From positions 1-22,152 of the forward strand of contig JBHIFL010000065.1 in NCBI GenBank assembly GCA_046761065.1: a stretch of DNA of 22,152 nt, written 5' to 3'. This document shows positions 18,417 to 22,152 of the stretch, one piece after another. Position numbers and translations under genes: made by a program. The number at the start of each line of letters is the position of its first letter. The first letter of the stretch is position 1. A model generated the notes under the pieces. The model saw only the letters and a program-made list of their open reading frames with translations. It was not told the DNA's origin and did no database searches. This DNA comes from Candidatus Heimdallarchaeota archaeon. Lineage in GTDB: Archaea > Asgardarchaeota > Wukongarchaeia > Wukongarchaeales > JBHIFL01.

Positions 18417-18579
18417 TGGTAGCGGGGGGTGGATTTGAACCACCGATATCTCGACGGGGGAGTAGATTTCAACTACCACCGCTCTCGGGGTATCTCCGCG
18501 CGAGCTTATGAGCCCCGCGGGATTTCAGGCTGCCAACAAGACTTAATACGTAGCAATCTCCTGGCTACCCCACCCCGCT
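18417..18579 (-). tRNA. Initiator tRNA-Met (CAT) with three introns
   Basis: Exons 18579-18558, 18523-18507, 18491-18484 and 18447-18417 splice to 78 nt: AGCGGGGTGGGGTAGCCAGGAGATCCCGCGGGGCTCATAACCCCGAGATCGGTGGTTCAAATCCACCCCCCGCTACCA. A1-U72 pair, three consecutive G-C pairs in the anticodon stem, encoded CCA. Introns: 34 nt (20a/21), 15 nt (37/38), 36 nt (45/46). Confidence 0.92.
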
Positions 18580-18890
18580 TGGGTTATGGGGCAACAATTC
18601 TTTTTAGGATGATTAGGATTATTTATCATAGATGAATATTTCGGTTTGATACGAGTTCTTGGAAGATATAAATGATATTACTCCGTTGGCACAATCAAAA
18701 TGTGGTGTGACGCACCCTTTCCTTTGACCTACGAACAACGTTTCCTCGTATATTGGGCACCAAAGATATTATTTTGCTTTAGGAATCGAATCCACCTATG
18801 CCTCATTGGAAAGATAATGTAAAACTCTCGAATTCTCCAAAGACTACTTTCAAGAACAAATAAATACTCGCAGTTGAACCTAGCAAAGAA

Positions 18891-18897
18891 TTTATAA
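18891..18897 (+). promoter_or_regulatory. Putative BRE/TATA for rpl12
   Basis: CAAAGAA followed by TTTATAA, about 80 nt upstream of the start; SD-like GAGGTG at 18963-18968. Confidence 0.5.
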
Positions 18898-18975
18898 CAT
18901 CAGTTGTACATCTCTCCATTAGATGATATTATAAAATGGAAGAGTCTAGGCAATTTAAGCAAGAGGTGCACGATG

Positions 18976-19287
18976 ATGGAGTATTTACATGCAGCACTGC
19001 TATTGCATTCAGCAAATAAACCAATTGATGAAGCAAGTTTGAGCAAGGTTCTAAAAGCTGCGGGTCTTTCCCCTGATGAAGCCCGAATCAAAGCGCTTGT
19101 GGCCGCTCTAGACGGGGTGGATATTGATGAGGCGATCAAAACCGCCCCTAGCTTTGCAGTCGCTCCAGCGGCAGCAGCGGCTCCAACGGCTTCTAGTGCT
19201 CAACCGGCAGTTACCAAAGAAAAAGTAAAAGAAGAGAAAAAGGAAGAGGAAGAGGAAGACTTAGGATTATCTTCCCTATTTGGATAG
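18976..19287 (+). CDS. rpl12: 50S ribosomal stalk protein L12 (aP1/P12)
   Basis: [35 protein letters not shown], Ala-rich hinge, acidic tail [14 protein letters not shown]. The start follows GAGGTG, so the ORF-track start at 18904 is too long. Confidence 0.95.
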   Translation: MEYLHAALLLHSANKPIDEASLSKVLKAAGLSPDEARIKALVAALDGVDIDEAIKTAPSFAVAPAAAAAPTASSAQPAVTKEKVKEEKKEEEEEDLGLSSLFG

Positions 19288-19409
19288 GGCTTCCCGTTTT
19301 TCTACTTTCCCCCCTCCTCTATCCCCCTTTGTGTCTCTCAATGATAAAGATATTACTTATAGAAAGGTATATTTTTTCACCCATCTTTTTCTGAACTATA
19401 GTATCGGCC

Positions 19410-19567
19410 GGGCCCGTAGCTCAGCCTGGATTGTCTAATCTCCGTCGTTTAGATTAGTGCTAGACAGAGCACCGGCCTTCTATCCACTAGGGGAGCCAGC
19501 CGGTGGTCATGGGTTCAAAAAAAGCAAAGGATAACCTTTGTCATGGAGACTCCCATCGGGCCCGCCA
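19410..19567 (+). tRNA. tRNA-Arg (TCT) with three introns
   Basis: Exons 19410-19431, 19466-19482, 19498-19519 and 19551-19567 splice to 78 nt: GGGCCCGTAGCTCAGCCTGGATAGAGCACCGGCCTTCTAAGCCGGTGGTCATGGGTTCAAATCCCATCGGGCCCGCCA. Introns: 34 nt (20a/21), 15 nt (37/38), 31 nt (59/60). Confidence 0.92.
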
Positions 19568-19873
19568 CTAATTTACTTTTTGGAAGGATTGATTTAATAT
19601 AAAGTAGCTAGAATTATAAATTTGAGGATATCCATCTTCAAGAGTAAGAGATAGAGATCCTTTTCTGATACAAATTTCGATGGTTGATGGAGATGGAGTG
19701 TTAGGGAGATTCGGACTCCCAGAATAATATTAATTCCGATAAAAAACTTTGGATTAAAAAGTCACCCTATACCATATTAGAACTTGGTAAAGAGATAATA
19801 AATTGGTCTGCATTTGACTCCACGTGAGCTATTCTGATCGGTTGTTTATATCAATGGGGCAAAGGTGATAGTG

Positions 19874-20614
19874 ATGATTAACCTTGAGATTGTCGCCCAT
19901 CGAGGCGTCCCCCAAGAAAAACCTGAAAATACTATTTCTTCATTTCAACGGGCTATTGAACTAGGCGCAGATGCTATTGAACTTGATATACGACTAGCAC
20001 GCGACCGAGTCCCCATCGTCTATCACTACTTCTATCTCGACGAAGCCACATCAGGCTCTGGGTTGATATCCAACTATGCTCTTGCTCAACTCCAAGATGT
20101 GAAAGTCCTAGGAAATGATCGGAAGCCAGTCAAGGATGCTAGAATCCCAACACTTTACTGGACCTAATTGGTGGACAGATAGGGTTAGAGATTGAAATCA
20201 AAGGTCCGGAGTCAGAGTCCTCAAAAGTTGTAGGAGATGTACTCAACAGGTTCAAACATCTGTGGGAGACGATAGAGGTCACTTCCTATGAGCCTGTATT
20301 GCTTCTCGACATTCAGCAACGTTGCCTAAAACTAGCTACGAATTTGCTTTTTCCACGATCTGAAAATTGGATGAAATTAGATGTGATCGCATATCTTGCA
20401 ACACATCGAGCTAAACTTGCCCAAGCTAGAGCAATTCACTTACATCCGACTCAGCTATCATCCAAAGTTGTTTCCGCAATTCGATCTCACGGAATAGAAG
20501 TACATGCTTGGGATGTAAACGATGAACAGTCACTTAGAACCGCTGTGAAGCTAGGCATACCCCCGGGTTTGTACCGATAACCTGCAACAAACCCTTAATT
20601 TCCGGGAACGGTAA
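19874..20614 (+). pseudogene. Glycerophosphodiester phosphodiesterase (GDPD/UgpQ-like), two frameshifts
   Basis: IVAHRG...PENT..SF..A...GADAIELDI, then RIPTL. A frame break at about 20155 continues LDLIGGQIGLEIEIKG...TSYEP...HAWDVND. A second break at the C5 run near 20560 continues GIPRVCTDN to TAA 20612-20614. Confidence 0.85.
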
Positions 20615-20679
20615 TTCATACCAAAAGAACGGTCAAAAACCTTGATCTAGTCTAAAATTAACAAAGACAGTGCCTACCC

Positions 20680-21999
20680 TTATAGCTTGGCAAGGAATTT
20701 ATCCAAGATAGTTTCAAGATTGGGCGTACCAATTTCCTCTAATGAATATCGAACTCGGATGGTTGGTTGCTTAATTTTCACGACTCGGCGTAAATCAATG
20801 GGAGTTCCAATGATTACAGTATCGCAGTCAATTGCTTTAATGGTATTCTCAAGTTCCATAGTTTGCGTTTTACCGTATCCCATGGCAGGAAGGACAGCTT
20901 CCAAATGCGTGTATTGCTGATAGACGTCTTTAATGGAACTCTTGGCAAAAGACCGGGGATCAACGATTTCTGCGGCTCCATGTGTCTTAGCAGCAAGAGT
21001 TGCGGCGCCGAAAGCCATTTCTCCATGGGTCACGGTTGGACCGTCTTCAATGCAGAGGACCCGCTTCCCAGCAATTAAGTCGGGGCTATCATCAAGTGAC
21101 AGTGAAGAGTTCGCTTTGATAATTGTTGCCTTGGGGTTTAGGGTGCGGAGATTCTGTTCAAGTTTCGATACATTCTCAAGAGGAGCCGTGCCAACCTTAT
21201 TGATGATCAATATGTCCGCCATTCGGGCATTCGTCTCGCCAGGATGATAGGTTCGCTCATGACCTACGCGATGTGGGTCTGCCACCACGATGTGGAGATC
21301 GGGTTTGTAGAAGGGGAGGTCATTATTCCCACCATCCCAAATAATCACCTGGGCTTCTTTTTCAGCTTCTTTTAAGATTTTGCCATAATCCGCTCCTGCA
21401 AAAACGACGATTCCCATATCTATGAGGGGTTCATATTCTTCTCGTTCCTCAATCGTAGTCTTTTGCTTGTCTAAATCTTCATATGATTCAAATCGCTGGC
21501 AGATTTGGTTTTTCAAATCGCCATAAGGCATTGGATGTCTTATCGCAACCACTTGAACACCTTTATCTCTGAGGATGCTAGCAATGCGCCGGGTTGTTGG
21601 ACTCTTCCCTGACCCGGTTCTCACAGCACAGACAGCTATGATTGGGACTTCTGAAGGGAGCATCGTGCTCCAGGGTCCCATCAATCTGAAATCTGCACCG
21701 TTACTTAAAACAATTGAGGCCCGGTTCATCACATAGGTGTAGGGCACGTCACTATAGCCAAAAACGACATGGTCCACTTTGAACTTCTTAATTAGTTTAG
21801 GTAGTTCCTCTTCAGGGAAAATTGGAATCCCTTTAGGATATTTGGGGCCTGAAAGTTCTGGTGGATATTTCCGGTCAGAGATGAAAGGAATTTGAGTAGC
21901 GGTGAAAGCCACTACTTCATATTCCTCATTGTTCCTAAAATAAACGTTGAAATTGTGGAAATCTCTCCCAGCAGCTCCCATGATGATAACGTTTCTCAA
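20680..21999 (-). CDS. COG2403 P-loop protein of the cDPG-synthetase family; probable arginine synthetase (ArcE-like)
   Basis: N-terminal IIMGAAGRDFHNFN, AVRTGSGKS, RHPMPYG, TIEEREEYEP, WDGGNND.PF, EDGPT.THG, LPAMGY. It lacks the N-terminal IDGEHYP motif I recall for true CpgS. Confidence 0.8.
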   Translation of the reverse strand: MRNVIIMGAAGRDFHNFNVYFRNNEEYEVVAFTATQIPFISDRKYPPELSGPKYPKGIPIFPEEELPKLIKKFKVDHVVFGYSDVPYTYVMNRASIVLSNGADFRLMGPWSTMLPSEVPIIAVCAVRTGSGKSPTTRRIASILRDKGVQVVAIRHPMPYGDLKNQICQRFESYEDLDKQKTTIEEREEYEPLIDMGIVVFAGADYGKILKEAEKEAQVIIWDGGNNDLPFYKPDLHIVVADPHRVGHERTYHPGETNARMADILIINKVGTAPLENVSKLEQNLRTLNPKATIIKANSSLSLDDSPDLIAGKRVLCIEDGPTVTHGEMAFGAATLAAKTHGAAEIVDPRSFAKSSIKDVYQQYTHLEAVLPAMGYGKTQTMELENTIKAIDCDTVIIGTPIDLRRVVKIKQPTIRVRYSLEEIGTPNLETILDKFLAKL

Positions 22000-22152
22000 T
22001 TTGCTACACCTTTATCATAGATTTCGTTTGGTTTAAAGAACACAACTATTTGCTCACATACCTGATAAGTCAATTAGTAAATCAGAATTAATTTCTCTCT
22101 CTTTTTAAAACATCCTCAAATTTGCAATGCAAATGCAACTTCGTTTCCACGA

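Noticed and set aside
18417-18579. CAT tRNA as tRNA-Ile2, the substrate of nearby TiaS
   Set aside because: The A1-U72 pair, the AGCGGGG 5' end and three consecutive G-C anticodon-stem pairs are initiator determinants.
18429-18635. 68-aa ORF
   Set aside because: It is antisense to tRNA-iMet and therefore spurious.
18580-19409. Integrated element bounded by the two tRNAs
   Set aside because: It contains only housekeeping rpl12; no integrase or att repeats are present.
19689-19725. GGAGATGGAGT...GACTCC as a fluoride riboswitch
   Set aside because: It lacks the P1 closing strand and the AAC...GCUGAUGAC core, and no fluoride-related gene follows.
1737-21247. Numerous 60-140 aa ORFs overlapping assigned genes (e.g. 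2221-2649, 15106-15426, 15405-15797, 18900-19139, 20933-21247)
   Set aside because: These are shadow or alternative frames of well-supported genes with no recognisable motifs.
22120-22134. Palindrome ATTTGCA-A-TGCAAAT upstream of the ArcE-like gene
   Set aside because: It is at the window edge and may lie within the 3' end of an upstream CDS, so it cannot be assessed.

Overview
Archaeal chromosomal window. An Asgard/Heimdallarchaeia-like origin is inferred from the gene set (small GTPase with long insertions, sortase-type surface protein) but is not proven. In order, the window holds: a 1064-1067 aa modular surface protein followed by a decayed paralog; a minus-strand 'modified (archaeal) mevalonate pathway' block (UbiD-type AMPD, AcnX-type PMDh large and small subunits, mevalonate kinase) downstream of rps2, rpoN and a geranylgeranyl-reductase-family gene; an MglA/Ras-like GTPase plus an unknown helical protein; divergent tiaS and deoxyhypusine synthase; a complete 1385-bp IS4-family element (18-bp IRs, 8-bp TSD AAGACTTT, transposase split at a C7 run); an ABC-2 exporter pair; a stand-alone stalk protein rpl12 (aP1) flanked by two tRNA genes; a GDPD pseudogene; and a COG2403/ArcE-like gene. 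The most unusual feature is that both tRNA genes (tRNA-iMet CAT and tRNA-Arg TCT) each carry three introns with relaxed BHB motifs. One iMet intron contains a covarying copy of the tRNA's own T-arm and acceptor strand.
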